The position numbers and the translations under genes are program-made. Positions 9,712-21,520 of a DNA stretch of 64,000 bases are shown piece after piece. Source of the DNA: Candidatus Eiseniibacteriota bacterium (GTDB lineage: Bacteria; Eisenbacteria; RBG-16-71-46). How positions within the stretch are numbered: position 1 is the first letter of the stretch; each line of letters opens with the position of its first letter. The notes beneath the pieces are model-generated. The model was not told where the DNA came from and made no database searches. It saw nothing but the letters and a program-made list of their open reading frames with translations. The stretch spans positions 110,785 through 174,784 of the forward strand of contig JBGAML010000009.1 in the NCBI GenBank assembly GCA_044223005.1, in the 5' to 3' direction.

Positions 9712-10310
9712 GCGCGCGCCGCGCCGCACCCGCGCGTGCCGCCGCGCCGAAGCGCTCTGGCCGCGCCCGGCCGAAGCTCGCGGTGGTGCGCGGCGACGTG
9801 CACGGGACGCGGCAGGTGCCGCCTCGCCCGGTCGGCTTCGCGATCGTGACGGTGAGCGACACGCGCCGCGGCCGCGACGATCGCAGCGGCGCGCTCGCGC
9901 ACGAACGCATCGAGCGAGAGGGCCACGAGGTGGTGCGGCGCGCGTGGGTGCACGACGCCGTGCCCGAGATCCGCCGTGCGGTCCGCGGGCTGCTGCGACT
10001 GCGCGCCGTGGACGTCGTACTGGTGACGGGCGGCACCGGCCTCGCACCGCGCGACGTCACGCCCGAAGCGGTGGCGCCCCTGCTGCAGCGCGAGCTGCCC
10101 GGTTTCGGCGAGGCGTTCCGCGCCGCGTCGCGCGCCCAGGTCGGCAGCAAGGCGTGGCTCTCTCGCGCCGGCGCCGGGGTCGCGTCCGGACGGCTGCTCG
10201 TCTACCTTCCCGGCTCCACGGCCGCGGTGGAATTGGCGCTCCGCGAGCTGCTGTTGCCCGAAGTCGTCCACGCCGTGCGGCTGCTCGGCCGCTTCGAAAC
10301 CGGGGAGTGA
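9708..10310 (+). CDS. moaB: Molybdenum cofactor biosynthesis protein MoaB/MogA
   Basis: [36 protein letters not shown] and LPGS. Confidence 0.9.
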   Translation: MSARRAAPARAAAPKRSGRARPKLAVVRGDVHGTRQVPPRPVGFAIVTVSDTRRGRDDRSGALAHERIEREGHEVVRRAWVHDAVPEIRRAVRGLLRLRAVDVVLVTGGTGLAPRDVTPEAVAPLLQRELPGFGEAFRAASRAQVGSKAWLSRAGAGVASGRLLVYLPGSTAAVELALRELLLPEVVHAVRLLGRFETGE

Positions 10311-10312
10311 CC

Positions 10313-10867
10313 ATGTCCATCCGTCCCGACCACTGGATTCGCCGGATGTGTCTCGAACACGGGATGATCACACCGTTCGAGGAGAAGCAGGTGCGCCAGG
10401 GCGTCATTTCGTACGGCGTGTCGTCGTACGGCTACGACATCCGCGTCTCCGACGAGTTCAAGATCTTCACCAACGTGATGTCGACGGTGGTGGACCCCAA
10501 GAACGTCGATCCGCAGTCGATGATCGACTTCAAGGGACCCGTGTGCGTGGTGCCGCCCAACTCGTTCGCGCTCGCGCGCACGATCGAGTACTTCCGCATC
10601 CCGCGGAACGTGCTCACGATCTGCGTGGGCAAGAGCACCTACGCGCGGTGCGGTATCATCACCAACGTGACGCCGTTCGAGCCCGAATGGGAGGGACACG
10701 TCACGCTCGAGATCAGCAACACCACCCCGCTGCCGGCGCGGATCTACGCCAACGAAGGCATCGCGCAGGTGCTGTTCTTCGAAAGCGACTCGCCGTGCGA
10801 GACGTCGTACAAGGACAAGGCGGGCAAGTACCAGGGCCAGACCGGGATCACGCTGCCGCGACTGTGA
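10313..10867 (+). CDS. dcd: dCTP deaminase
   Basis: [43 protein letters not shown] and GKYQGQ. Confidence 0.96.
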   Translation: MSIRPDHWIRRMCLEHGMITPFEEKQVRQGVISYGVSSYGYDIRVSDEFKIFTNVMSTVVDPKNVDPQSMIDFKGPVCVVPPNSFALARTIEYFRIPRNVLTICVGKSTYARCGIITNVTPFEPEWEGHVTLEISNTTPLPARIYANEGIAQVLFFESDSPCETSYKDKAGKYQGQTGITLPRL

Positions 10868-10907
10868 CGCTCCCCGCGTCGTGGCGATGCAGCGAAAGGA
10901 AGGCCGC

Positions 10908-12131
10908 ATGAACGGCCGGAACGTGCAGTGGATGGTGCGGACGCTCGCGATCGCGGGCGCGGGAGTGGCGGTGCTCGCGGCGCTGGCGAGCGCCCAGATC
11001 GTCAGCGGAGTGGATCCTTCTGCGCGCGCGGGAGGCATGGGCGGCGCGACGGGCGCGATCGGGTGGGGCGGCACGCCCGACCTGTGGGCGAATCCGGCGC
11101 TCGCGGCGACGGTCCCGGGCTTTTCGATCCAGACCTCGGCGCAGCAGCTGCTCCCGGAGTTCGCGTCCGACCTGCGGCTGCACTCGACGTCGATCACCGC
11201 GACGTTCGCCGGGCTGTCGTTCTCGAGTACGGGCCGGCCGTTCGGCGGCACGGAGCTGCGCGAGCGCGACGCGATCCTGACCCTCGACACGTTGCGCAGC
11301 ATCGCCGTGGTGCCGTGGGCGGAACGCTCCGAGAGCCGTGCCGCGGCGATTTCGCTGGCGTCGCTCGCCGACGCGGTGCTCGCGCTGCGGGGAGGCGCGC
11401 ACCCGCGCGTGTCGGAGTGGGCCGACGTGGGCTTCGGTCGCCGCTGGAAGCAGCGCGCGCAGTACGGCCCGTTCCTGACCGAGGGAGCGAGCGCGTCGCG
11501 CGACGAAGGCTGGTACGCGCGCGTGGTGCCGCTCGATCCGCGCCGCGGCGTCGACGTGCCCGAAGGCGGCCTGCGACTAGAGCTGGCCGTCGCGCACGCG
11601 GTGATCGACGCGCGCACGTCGCCGGCCATCCCGGCCACGGCTGTCGCGCCACTTCAGCGCCGCGACGGCGCCGCGCTCCACGCCTCGTGGTTCGGTCCCT
11701 CGCGCCGCGGCGCGCCCGGTGCGGCGATCACGGACGCGTTCCGCGGCGGCGGCTTTGGCCCGCCCGTGGACGTGACGCTGGCCTACGAGCGCGAGCGCGA
11801 CGAGCCGCTGCCCGGGCGCGGCCCGTTCGGGGAGGTCTTCCCGGCCGGCGCCGGCTGGACCGTGAACCACTACGGGCTCGAAGCGACGTTTTTCGGGCTG
11901 CTCACGGGTCGTGCGGGGTACATCGATGACCCCTCGGGCGAGATCCGCAAACCGACGTTCGGCTTCGGCGCCTGCCTGCCGCTCGGCCGCGGGGGCGAGG
12001 TGCGCTACGACATGGGCAGCGTCCCGCAGGCGAGCGGACTGGAGAAGCGCGTGACGCGGCACGAAGTGGCCGTCCGGCTCGACCCGGTCGCGCGCTGGTT
12101 CGGCCCCCGCTCGAGCGCCGCGACGCCGTAG
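10908..12131 (+). CDS. Outer-membrane barrel protein, PorV/PorQ(FadL)-like, paralog 1
   Basis: AAGGAAGG RBS and signal peptide; N-terminal SARAGGMGGA...WANPA motif; C-terminal GRAGYIDD...PTFGFG strands. Confidence 0.6.
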   Translation: MNGRNVQWMVRTLAIAGAGVAVLAALASAQIVSGVDPSARAGGMGGATGAIGWGGTPDLWANPALAATVPGFSIQTSAQQLLPEFASDLRLHSTSITATFAGLSFSSTGRPFGGTELRERDAILTLDTLRSIAVVPWAERSESRAAAISLASLADAVLALRGGAHPRVSEWADVGFGRRWKQRAQYGPFLTEGASASRDEGWYARVVPLDPRRGVDVPEGGLRLELAVAHAVIDARTSPAIPATAVAPLQRRDGAALHASWFGPSRRGAPGAAITDAFRGGGFGPPVDVTLAYERERDEPLPGRGPFGEVFPAGAGWTVNHYGLEATFFGLLTGRAGYIDDPSGEIRKPTFGFGACLPLGRGGEVRYDMGSVPQASGLEKRVTRHEVAVRLDPVARWFGPRSSAATP

Positions 12132-12205
12132 TCGACGTTCTCGGAAGACGAATCGTTTCGTACCGTTCCCCACAGGTCAGCGTCCCCCGAGGAAGGCAGT
12201 TCGCC

Positions 12206-13423
12206 ATGCTGTCGCCGATTGGCCGGCGAATCGTCACCGCGGCGCTCCTCACCGCGGTCGCTTCGAAAGCTCACGCGCAGGGAACCGCGCGCTCGCAGGA
12301 CATCGACACCTCCATCCGCGCCGTGGGAATGGGCGGCACGAGCGCCGGCGTCACGTGGGGGGATCCCAACGTCTGGGGCAATCCCGCATCGCTCGGGCGC
12401 GTGGAGGGGTTCCGGTTCGAGCACGGGCATACGCAGCTCGTGCCGGGGCTCGCGACCGATGTCTTCCTCGACTCCGACCGGGCGTGCTTCGGCGCCCACG
12501 GCGTCGGTGTCGCACTGATGGGGCTTCCGAGCGGGGTCGGAGGGCTTCGATTGTCGTATGGGTCTTCGGAAGTCACCGATGCCTACGGGATCCCGATCGG
12601 GACGTTCGATTCCGAAGAGACCGTTCACGCCGCATCCATCGGAGTGTCCTTCGCCGGCGTCCGCGATGCGCTGCGTGCTCGCCGTGGAGCCGCTCCGGGT
12701 TCGAGTGCGTGGGATGTCTCGGGGGGGCTGAGCGTCAAGCGCGTGCGGATGTCACTTGCCCCCGTGTTCGGGACGGCTTCGGCCACGACGGTCGATGTGG
12801 GCGTGCTGGGGCGGCTCTCGCCGCTCGTGTTGCTCCCCGCGGGAGCTTCGGGAGGCGCGTGGACGCGCTGGGCGCTCTTCGACCTGGGAGCCGGTTACAG
12901 CGTGCTCGACGCGAATCACGCCATCTTCGATTTCGGCCCGGGCGGCTCGAGCCCGCCCACGCGCATGCACCGGCTGGGTGGTTCGGCACGCGTGGGGCTC
13001 CAGTTGCCCCCGGTGGGTGGTGATCCCTGGGTGCGGGCGATCGTCTCGGGGTTCTCGCCGCTCGTCGCGGTGGGTTACGCGCGCGACCACGATGCGGTCA
13101 GCGCGGCAGGCACGAATCACGGTCGCTACCGCGTCGAGCACGAGGGCGTCGAGATCAGCGTCGCCAACGTGTTCACGTGGCGGCATGGCTACTGGACCGA
13201 CCGGCTCGGGGACATCGTGGACGACACGAGTGGCTACGGCTACGGGTTCACCCTCGGGCCGTGGGCGGGTTTCCGTCGCGACCATGCGAGCATGCCGCAG
13301 GCGACGGACTCCGGATTGCCGCGCGTGAAGCGCGACGGCTGGACCGCATGGCTCGACGTGATGCGCGTCGTCCACGACCTGCGTGGCCCCTCGATGAGCA
13401 CCGCTCCGGGAGCCGGGCGATGA
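12206..13423 (+). CDS. Outer-membrane barrel protein, PorV/PorQ-like, paralog 2
   Basis: Signal peptide (AHA-Q); SIRAVGMGGTSAG...WGNPASLG; shares QLxPxxAxD and SxPQA--SGL with paralog 1. Confidence 0.62.
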   Translation: MLSPIGRRIVTAALLTAVASKAHAQGTARSQDIDTSIRAVGMGGTSAGVTWGDPNVWGNPASLGRVEGFRFEHGHTQLVPGLATDVFLDSDRACFGAHGVGVALMGLPSGVGGLRLSYGSSEVTDAYGIPIGTFDSEETVHAASIGVSFAGVRDALRARRGAAPGSSAWDVSGGLSVKRVRMSLAPVFGTASATTVDVGVLGRLSPLVLLPAGASGGAWTRWALFDLGAGYSVLDANHAIFDFGPGGSSPPTRMHRLGGSARVGLQLPPVGGDPWVRAIVSGFSPLVAVGYARDHDAVSAAGTNHGRYRVEHEGVEISVANVFTWRHGYWTDRLGDIVDDTSGYGYGFTLGPWAGFRRDHASMPQATDSGLPRVKRDGWTAWLDVMRVVHDLRGPSMSTAPGAGR

Positions 13424-14169
13424 GGCCTGCGAGCGCCGTCGGCGCGTTCGTCCTGCTCGCGTGCGTGCTCTCGGCGCCTGCATTCGCCGCGGTCCGCTTC
13501 GGGATCGTCGGCGGCATGCAATCGACGTGGATGCAGCAGGGCGACCAGCACGAGACGGACGGGGCTTATCCCGTTTCGAAATCCGTCTGGTCCGGCTGCG
13601 GCGGCCTGTCGCTCTCGGTGCCGCTCGCGCACGGCTTCGCGGTTGGGACCGGGCTCGAGTACCAGCCGTTCGTCGACCGGCGCGAGGTGGTCACGTCGTT
13701 CCTCTCGATAACGGCCTTCGACTCGACGCAGGTCTGGGGCACCTCGCGAATCGAGACGCGAGCACACACGATCGTGCTGCCACTGCGCCTGGAGTACGCG
13801 CATCGGGGCGTGCGGCTGGGGTTCGGGCCGCAGGTCCGCTTCACCGTCTCGGCTCGCCAACGGCTCGAGGCGACTCTCGGCGGCGCCCCGCCCGTCGCGC
13901 CGGCCGCTTCGGCACGGAAGGCCGGACCCTCGGGGGCGCGCGCGAACATCTTCGAGTCGGTCCGCTCCGGCCAGTGGTACGACGCCACCGACGCGTTCCT
14001 TCTCTGCAGCGTGCAGCCCGTCGCGCTGCTGGGGATCGACGTCCCGCTGCACGGACACCGCCTGCGGCTCGAAGGGCGCGAGTCCTGGGGAGGCACCGAG
14101 ATGATGTGGCGCCAGTCGGAGGGCCTGAGCCCGATCGCGGTGCAGATCGCCGCCGGCTGGGAGTTCTGA
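13420..14169 (+). CDS. Hypothetical outer-membrane beta-barrel protein (PorT/OmpA-like barrel)
   Basis: ATGA overlap; signal peptide AFA-AVRFGIVGG; amphipathic strands (IVLPLRLEY, LGFGPQV); ends GWEF (beta signal). Confidence 0.55.
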   Translation: MRPASAVGAFVLLACVLSAPAFAAVRFGIVGGMQSTWMQQGDQHETDGAYPVSKSVWSGCGGLSLSVPLAHGFAVGTGLEYQPFVDRREVVTSFLSITAFDSTQVWGTSRIETRAHTIVLPLRLEYAHRGVRLGFGPQVRFTVSARQRLEATLGGAPPVAPAASARKAGPSGARANIFESVRSGQWYDATDAFLLCSVQPVALLGIDVPLHGHRLRLEGRESWGGTEMMWRQSEGLSPIAVQIAAGWEF

Positions 14170-14221
14170 GCGGGGCAGGAGACGCTGTCGCGACCCGCTT
14201 CTCGGCCGGCCGGGGAGCGGG

Positions 14222-14250
14222 TTGCGCGATTCGGGGTGCGCGGCTAACTT
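14222..14250 (+). promoter_or_regulatory. Candidate sigma70 promoter of nuoI
   Basis: TTGCGC-N17-TAACTT just after a GC hairpin ending the upstream operon. Confidence 0.45.
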
Positions 14251-14289
14251 CCTCGGGTCCGCTGTCCCGTACCTTCAGGGAGTGAAGCG

Positions 14290-14736
14290 ATGATCAAGGA
14301 ACTCGCGACCGGTCTCGGCGTCACGTTCGGGAACATGTTCCGCAAGCCGTATACGGTCCTGTACCCCGACGAGAAGCTCGAACTCTTTCCCCGTTTCCGC
14401 GGCCGGCACATCCTGGCGCGGCACGAGGACGGCCTCGAGCGCTGCGTGGGTTGCGAGCTGTGCGCCGTGGCCTGCCCGGCCGACGCGATCTTCGTGAAGG
14501 CCGCCGAGAACGACCCGGCGAACCCGGTGTCGCACGGCGAGCGCTACGCCGAGCGCTACGAGATCAACATGCTGCGCTGCATCTTCTGTGGCATGTGCGA
14601 GGAAGCCTGTCCCGAAGACGCGATCTGGCTCGAGAAGGAATACGAGCTCGCGGACTACGACCGCGACGCCTTCATCTACACGAAGGACGAGATGGTCGTG
14701 CCGATGGAGAAGGCGGGCTACCTGCCGCAGCGCTGA
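14290..14736 (+). CDS. nuoI: NADH-quinone oxidoreductase subunit I (2x[4Fe-4S])
   Basis: YPDEK...[18 protein letters not shown] and [17 protein letters not shown]. Confidence 0.95.
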   Translation: MIKELATGLGVTFGNMFRKPYTVLYPDEKLELFPRFRGRHILARHEDGLERCVGCELCAVACPADAIFVKAAENDPANPVSHGERYAERYEINMLRCIFCGMCEEACPEDAIWLEKEYELADYDRDAFIYTKDEMVVPMEKAGYLPQR

Positions 14737-14751
14737 GCGGTACCGATTTCA

Positions 14752-14785
14752 CGCGAGGCGGTCGTCCACGGACGGCCGCCTCGCG
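14752..14785. terminator. Hairpin between convergent genes
   Basis: CGCGAGGCGGTCGTC-cacg-GACGGCCGCCTCGCG, a 15-bp stem. Confidence 0.7.
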
Positions 14786-14812
14786 GCGTTTCCGGGGCCC
14801 GGGCTCTCGCGC

Positions 14813-16069
14813 CTAACGCGCGGAGAGGGCCGCGTCGAACGCGACGATCAGCCGCTCGACCTCGGCGGGCGTGTTGTAGTGGGCGAGGCTGGCGCGGACG
14901 ATGCCGCCGCGCGCGTGCAGGCCCAGCGCCTCGATGGCGCGATGCGCGTAGAAGTGACCCCAGCGCACCGCCACGCGGGCAGCATCCAGCCGTGGCGGGA
15001 GCGTGCTCGCGTCGCGGCCTTCGACCGTGAACGCCACGATGGGCACGCGCCGTGCCGGATCGGCGTCCGGCTCGCCGACGATCCGCACCTCGGGGCGAGC
15101 CCTCAGGAACGCGAGCAGCGGCGCGACGAGTGCCGCCTCGTGCGCGGCGATGGCGTCGAAGGCGCGCGCGAGCCGGGTGCGCTCGTCGCCGGCGCCGCCG
15201 CCCGGCAGGCGCGCCTCCAGCGCCAGGAGGTACTCGGGCACCGCGGGCAGGGCAGCGGCCAGCTCGTGCGGCACGCTGCCGGGCTCGAGCTTGTACGGCA
15301 CCTCGTGCTCGCCGATGAAGAAGTGGTTCTGCGACGCCGCGCGCCGCAGCAGCTCGCCGCGGCCCCACAGGAGCGCCAGGTGCGGGCCGAAGGTCTTGTA
15401 GAGCGAGACGGCGTAGAAGTCGGCGCCGGTCGCCGTCACGTCGACGAGCCGGTGCGGCGCGAACGCGACGCCGTCGATGCACGCGAGCGCGCCCGCGGCG
15501 TGCACGGCGCGCACGATGTTCGCGGCGTCGTGCAGCGTGCCGACCACGTTGGAGCAGTGCGTGAACGCGACGAGGCGCGTGCGCGCCCCGAGCAGCGGCT
15601 CGAGGTCGGCGAGTTCCAGCGCGCCGGTCTCGGGCCGCAGGCGCCACTCGCGCACCACGACGCCGCGCTCGGCGAGCCCGCGCCACGGGCCGATGTTCGA
15701 TTCGTGGTCGAGGTTGGTGACCACGACTTCGTCGCCGGGCACGAGCCCGGGCGCGAGCGCGCGCGCGAGGAGCCGCAGGTTGGCGGTGGTCGATGCGCCG
15801 AGCAGGACCTCGCCGGGCGCCGCGCCCACCAGCTGCTCGGCCGCGCGATGGCCGGCTTCGACGCGCGCGGTGGCCGCGGCCGAGAGCGCGTAGCTGGCGC
15901 CCAGCTGTACCGAGCCCGCGAGCATGTGCGCGCGCACGCGCTCGATCGCGCCGGCGAGCGGCACGCTGCCGCCGGCGTTGTCGAACAGCGCCCAGTCGGT
16001 CGCGAGCGCGGGGAACTGCGCGCGCACGAACTCCAGCGTGGACGACGGGAAGAGCGCGGGAGCGATCAT
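14813..16069 (-). CDS. Cysteine desulfurase-like class V PLP enzyme (lacks the SufS catalytic Cys)
   Basis: FDNAGGS, DHESN, CSNVVGT, DGVAFAPH and SLYKTFGPH; WGHFYA occupies the position of SufS GHHCA. Confidence 0.88.
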   Translation of the reverse strand: MIAPALFPSSTLEFVRAQFPALATDWALFDNAGGSVPLAGAIERVRAHMLAGSVQLGASYALSAAATARVEAGHRAAEQLVGAAPGEVLLGASTTANLRLLARALAPGLVPGDEVVVTNLDHESNIGPWRGLAERGVVVREWRLRPETGALELADLEPLLGARTRLVAFTHCSNVVGTLHDAANIVRAVHAAGALACIDGVAFAPHRLVDVTATGADFYAVSLYKTFGPHLALLWGRGELLRRAASQNHFFIGEHEVPYKLEPGSVPHELAAALPAVPEYLLALEARLPGGGAGDERTRLARAFDAIAAHEAALVAPLLAFLRARPEVRIVGEPDADPARRVPIVAFTVEGRDASTLPPRLDAARVAVRWGHFYAHRAIEALGLHARGGIVRASLAHYNTPAEVERLIVAFDAALSAR

Positions 16070-16110
16070 GCGGCGAGCCTAGCACGCACGCCGCGGGGCG
16101 TGCGGCGCGT

Positions 16111-17094
16111 TCAGCGCCCGGCGGCCGGCCCCAGTTGCGCGAGCAGCTTGCGCGCGAGCACCGGCCACGCCCACGGCGCGGCGCTCGCGGGGCCGGCTTC
16201 GGCGAGACGGCGGCGCTCGTCGGCGTCCACCAGCAGGGCGCGGATCGCGCGGCGCAGGAACCACGGGTGGCGCCACGTGACGCGCGCGTTCTCACGGTCG
16301 CGAGCGAAGTCGCCCGTGCCGCTGCGCGTGCACACGAGCGCGCATCCGCACGCGAGCGCTTCCAGCGCGGTGTTGCACCAGCCGGCCTTGCGCTCGGCGG
16401 CGACGAACAGGTGCGCGGACTGGTAGAGCGCGGCCAGTTCGTCCTGCGTCGGGCTCATCACGAAACGGGCGTTGGGCGGCAGCGGCGCGCCGTCCCGCGG
16501 ATCCTGGCGGTTGTGCGCGTCCACGTGGTCGAACAGCACGATCTCGAACTCGGGCACCTGCCCCGCGAGCCCGGTGAGAGCCTCGAGCACGAGATCGGTG
16601 CCCTTCTTGGGCCGCGAGCGCCGGCCGTTGACCAGCACGCGCAGCGGCGCGACCGCGCGCCGCTCGGGCGCGGGGCGGAAGTGCGTCGTGCGGATGCCAC
16701 CGATCCCGTCGATGACCGGCCGGCGCGAACGCCGCGCGAGCGCGTGCACGAGTGCCCCGGAGTTGCCGGCGAGGCGTACGCCCGGGTCGGGGATCGCGCG
16801 CGCGAGCCCCGCGTCGCCCTCGAGCACGCAGTAGTAGAGATGCGTCCCGGCCCGGTGCGCGCGGAACGCGTCGTACGTGTGCGGGTCGGCGCCGATCGCG
16901 AGGTCGCTCTCGGCCCCGGCGGCGTCCGCGAGCGGTGCGACGGCGCCGGCGTACGCGAGCCACTCCGGGCGGGTGCCCTCGGGGTGGTAGAGCGTCACCG
17001 CGTGGCCCATCGCGGTCCACTCGTTGCCGAGTTCGAGGAAGCGGCGGACGCCGCCGAAGACGCCGACGTGCGGCAGGAAGGTGGCGATGCGCAT
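16111..17094 (-). CDS. Glycosyltransferase family 4
   Basis: GGVRRFLE, KKG and ERKAGWCNTALEALACG (EX7E-like GT-B motif). Confidence 0.85.
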   Translation of the reverse strand: MRIATFLPHVGVFGGVRRFLELGNEWTAMGHAVTLYHPEGTRPEWLAYAGAVAPLADAAGAESDLAIGADPHTYDAFRAHRAGTHLYYCVLEGDAGLARAIPDPGVRLAGNSGALVHALARRSRRPVIDGIGGIRTTHFRPAPERRAVAPLRVLVNGRRSRPKKGTDLVLEALTGLAGQVPEFEIVLFDHVDAHNRQDPRDGAPLPPNARFVMSPTQDELAALYQSAHLFVAAERKAGWCNTALEALACGCALVCTRSGTGDFARDRENARVTWRHPWFLRRAIRALLVDADERRRLAEAGPASAAPWAWPVLARKLLAQLGPAAGR

Positions 17095-17157
17095 GCGGGC
17101 CGCACGCTAGCAGAGCGGCCCCGGGCCCGCACGCGCGGGCCCGGCGTGAACGGTGGT

Positions 17158-17194
17158 GTTTCGCGGCGAAACGCCCGCTGTTCCGGCCCGAAAC
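17158..17194. promoter_or_regulatory. Tandem palindromic sites, candidate sigma54 activator (bEBP) UAS
   Basis: GTTTCG-cgg-CGAAAC (17158-17172) and GTTCCG-gcc-CGAAAC (17180-17194), with a 22-bp period. Confidence 0.5.
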
Positions 17195-17268
17195 GCTCGC
17201 CCGCGGCCATTCCGGGCGGCGCGCGTCCCGCGTACGGCGCGACACGTACTTGCGGCTGCGGTGGCCCG

Positions 17269-17284
17269 TGGCACGTCGCCTGCA
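17269..17284 (+). promoter_or_regulatory. Sigma54 (-24/-12) promoter upstream of hsp20-dnaK
   Basis: TGGCACG-TCGC-CTGCA has the exact GG-N10-GC spacing. Confidence 0.6.
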
Positions 17285-17377
17285 AAAGGGAGTTCGCGAA
17301 CGTGATTGCAAGGCGGCGCGCCGCGTCCATCCGAAGTGCGGCGGCTGCATGAACCACCCGCAGAGGAGGAACCGATC

Positions 17378-17827
17378 ATGACGCTCATCCGCTGGACGCC
17401 CAACCGCAACAGCAGCCTCGCGAGTTTCCGCGACGAGATGGACCGCCTGTTCGACGGCTTCGTCAACAGCCGCGCGCTCACCACGCCCGGATTCGATCCG
17501 CTGGTGCCCCCGGTGGACATCGAGGAGACGCCGGAGTCGTTCGTGCTCCGCGCCGACCTGCCGGGCGTGCCGCAGAAGGACGTCAAGGTCAGCCTGACCG
17601 GCGACACCCTGACGATCCGCGGCGAGCGCAAGCGCGAGACGTCGGCCCGCGAGGGCGCGGTGCACCGCACCGAGCGCGTCTACGGCAGCTTCGAACGCTC
17701 GTTCACCCTCGTCTCGCCGGTCCGCGGCGACCAGGTCAAGGCCACGGTCCGCGACGGCGTCCTCGAGGTCGTCGTGCCCAAGGCCGAGGAAGCCCGGGTG
17801 CGTGAAATCGAGGTGCAGGTCGGCTAG
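17378..17827 (+). CDS. Hsp20/alpha-crystallin small heat shock protein
   Basis: [41 protein letters not shown] and [10 protein letters not shown]. Confidence 0.94.
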   Translation: MTLIRWTPNRNSSLASFRDEMDRLFDGFVNSRALTTPGFDPLVPPVDIEETPESFVLRADLPGVPQKDVKVSLTGDTLTIRGERKRETSAREGAVHRTERVYGSFERSFTLVSPVRGDQVKATVRDGVLEVVVPKAEEARVREIEVQVG

Positions 17828-17916
17828 TCTGCAGCGCTCTCGAATGCATGTCCGCGGCCACGCGGGCGCCTCCCGGCGCCGCGTGGCTCGCGGCTGAAAC
17901 GAACCGAGGAGGAATC

Positions 17917-19833
<1,917 letters not shown>

Positions 19834-19855
19834 GCCGGACCCGGAGTCACACGTG

Positions 19856-19885
19856 CGGCGGCGGGACGTTCACGTCCCGCCGCCG
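19856..19885 (+). terminator. Hairpin terminator after dnaK
   Basis: CGGCGGCGGGACG-ttca-CGTCCCGCCGCCG. Confidence 0.7.
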
Positions 19886-19984
19886 TCGCGTTTGCGGCCC
19901 ACGGGCGGCGCTCGCTAGTCTCGGCGCGGCCGCCGCCCACGCGCCCGCCGGGCGCATGCCGGACCCTCCGGAGCCCTCGTCGCG

Positions 19985-21520
19985 ATGACGTCCGTCCAAC
20001 CCGATCTCGCCGCCGCCATGCTGCCGCTCGCGCAGGGCGCCGCCGTGGGCGCCTACGGCCTCTGCCAGCTCGCGCTGACGGCCTGCTCGGCCCATCGCTG
20101 GACGCTGCTGCTGGGCCGCCGCGTGCGGCCGGGAGCGCCGCTGCCGCCGCTGCCCGGGGCGCCCCCGGTCGTGACGGTTCAGCTGCCGGTCTACAACGAG
20201 CCGCGGGTGGTCGAGCGGCTGGTGGACGCGGCGTGCGCCCTGGACTGGCCGGCGGACCGGCTCGAGATCCAGCTGCTCGACGATTCCACCGACGAGACTC
20301 CGGCGATCGCCGCGGCCGCCGTCGCCCGGCACCGCGCGCGCGGGATCGACGTGCGGCACGTGCGGCGCACCGCGCGCGACGGCTGGAAGGCGGGTGCGCT
20401 CGCCGCGGGGCTCGCGGAGGCGCGGGGCGAGCTGGTGGCGATCTTCGACGCGGACTTCGTCCCGCCGGCGGACTTCCTGCAGCGCATGGTGCCGCACTTC
20501 GCCGACCCGGGCGTCGGAATGGCGCAGGCGTGCTGGGGGCACCTGAATCGCGACGCGTCGACCCTGACGGCGGCGCAGGCGGTGCTGCTCGACGCGCACT
20601 TCCGGATCGAGCACGCCGCGCGAGCCGCGCGCGGCTGGTTCTTCAACTTCAACGGCACCGCCGGGCTCTGGCGCCGCGCCTGCATCGAATCGGCGGGCGG
20701 GTGGTCGCACGACACGCTCACCGAGGACCTCGACCTGAGCGTGCGTGCGCAGCTGGCAGGCTGGCGGTTCGTGTTCGATCCCGCGGTCGTGGTGCCGGCG
20801 GAGTTGCCGTCGGACATGGAAGCGTTCAAGGCGCAGCAGCGCCGCTGGGCCAAGGGCGCGATCCAGTCGGCGCGCAAGCTCCTGCCCGCGATCGCGCGCA
20901 GCCGCCGCCCGCTCGCGGTGCGGCTGGACGCCGCGCTGCTGCTGCTCGCCAACGCGGCGTTCCCGCTGCTGCTCGCGCTCGGCCTGCTGCTGCTGCCGGT
21001 GCTGCTCGGGCGCAGCGTGGTGCCGCCGGCCGTGGTCTGGGCCGCGCAGGCCGCGGTGCTGGCGCTGGGACTGGTGCCGGTGACGCTCTTCCTCGCGGCC
21101 GGCCAGCATGCCGCGGGCCGGCGCGGTCTCGCGGTGGTGCGCGACGTGGCGTCGGCGCTGGTGCTGTGCGCGGGGCTCTCGCTCAACAACGCGCGCGCCG
21201 TGCTCGAGGGCCTCGGGCCCGCGGTGGGCGCCTGGGAGCGGACGCCCAAGACGGGGGAGACCGGCCCGGCCCGCGCGCGCCGGGTGGCCGCGCCCCGGCG
21301 CCGGGGTGCGGGCTGGGGCGAGGCCGCGCTTGCGGGCTACTTCGCCGTGCTGCTCGCCTGGGCCGCGACCTGCGGCCACCGGCAGGCGGCACCGTTCGCA
21401 GCCGTCCTGGCCGCGGGGTGCGCCTGGGTGGCCGCCGGGTCGCGGCCCGGCGCGCTCACGACTTCGCGGGTGCCCCCGGGGCGCGCAGCGGAACGTCCGC
21501 CTTCTTCCGCTCGAGCATGA
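19985..21520 (+). CDS. Processive GT2 glycosyltransferase (cellulose synthase-like/CslA-like) with TM helices
   Basis: QLPVYNE, LDDSTD, KAGAL, FDADF, FNGTAG, TEDLD, QQRRW and RTPK. Confidence 0.88.
   Translation: MTSVQPDLAAAMLPLAQGAAVGAYGLCQLALTACSAHRWTLLLGRRVRPGAPLPPLPGAPPVVTVQLPVYNEPRVVERLVDAACALDWPADRLEIQLLDDSTDETPAIAAAAVARHRARGIDVRHVRRTARDGWKAGALAAGLAEARGELVAIFDADFVPPADFLQRMVPHFADPGVGMAQACWGHLNRDASTLTAAQAVLLDAHFRIEHAARAARGWFFNFNGTAGLWRRACIESAGGWSHDTLTEDLDLSVRAQLAGWRFVFDPAVVVPAELPSDMEAFKAQQRRWAKGAIQSARKLLPAIARSRRPLAVRLDAALLLLANAAFPLLLALGLLLLPVLLGRSVVPPAVVWAAQAAVLALGLVPVTLFLAAGQHAAGRRGLAVVRDVASALVLCAGLSLNNARAVLEGLGPAVGAWERTPKTGETGPARARRVAAPRRRGAGWGEAALAGYFAVLLAWAATCGHRQAAPFAAVLAAGCAWVAAGSRPGALTTSRVPPGRAAERPPSSARA

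Noticed and set aside
14813..16069. Calling this gene sufS or iscS
   Set aside because: The catalytic Cys loop is absent (WGHFYA) and there are no suf/isc neighbours.
17095..17916. CIRCE or HAIR operator, or an RNA thermometer, at hsp20-dnaK
   Set aside because: No TTAGCACTC-N9-GAGTGCTAA or CTTGAGT-N7-ACTCAAG was found, and no hairpin clearly sequesters the SD.
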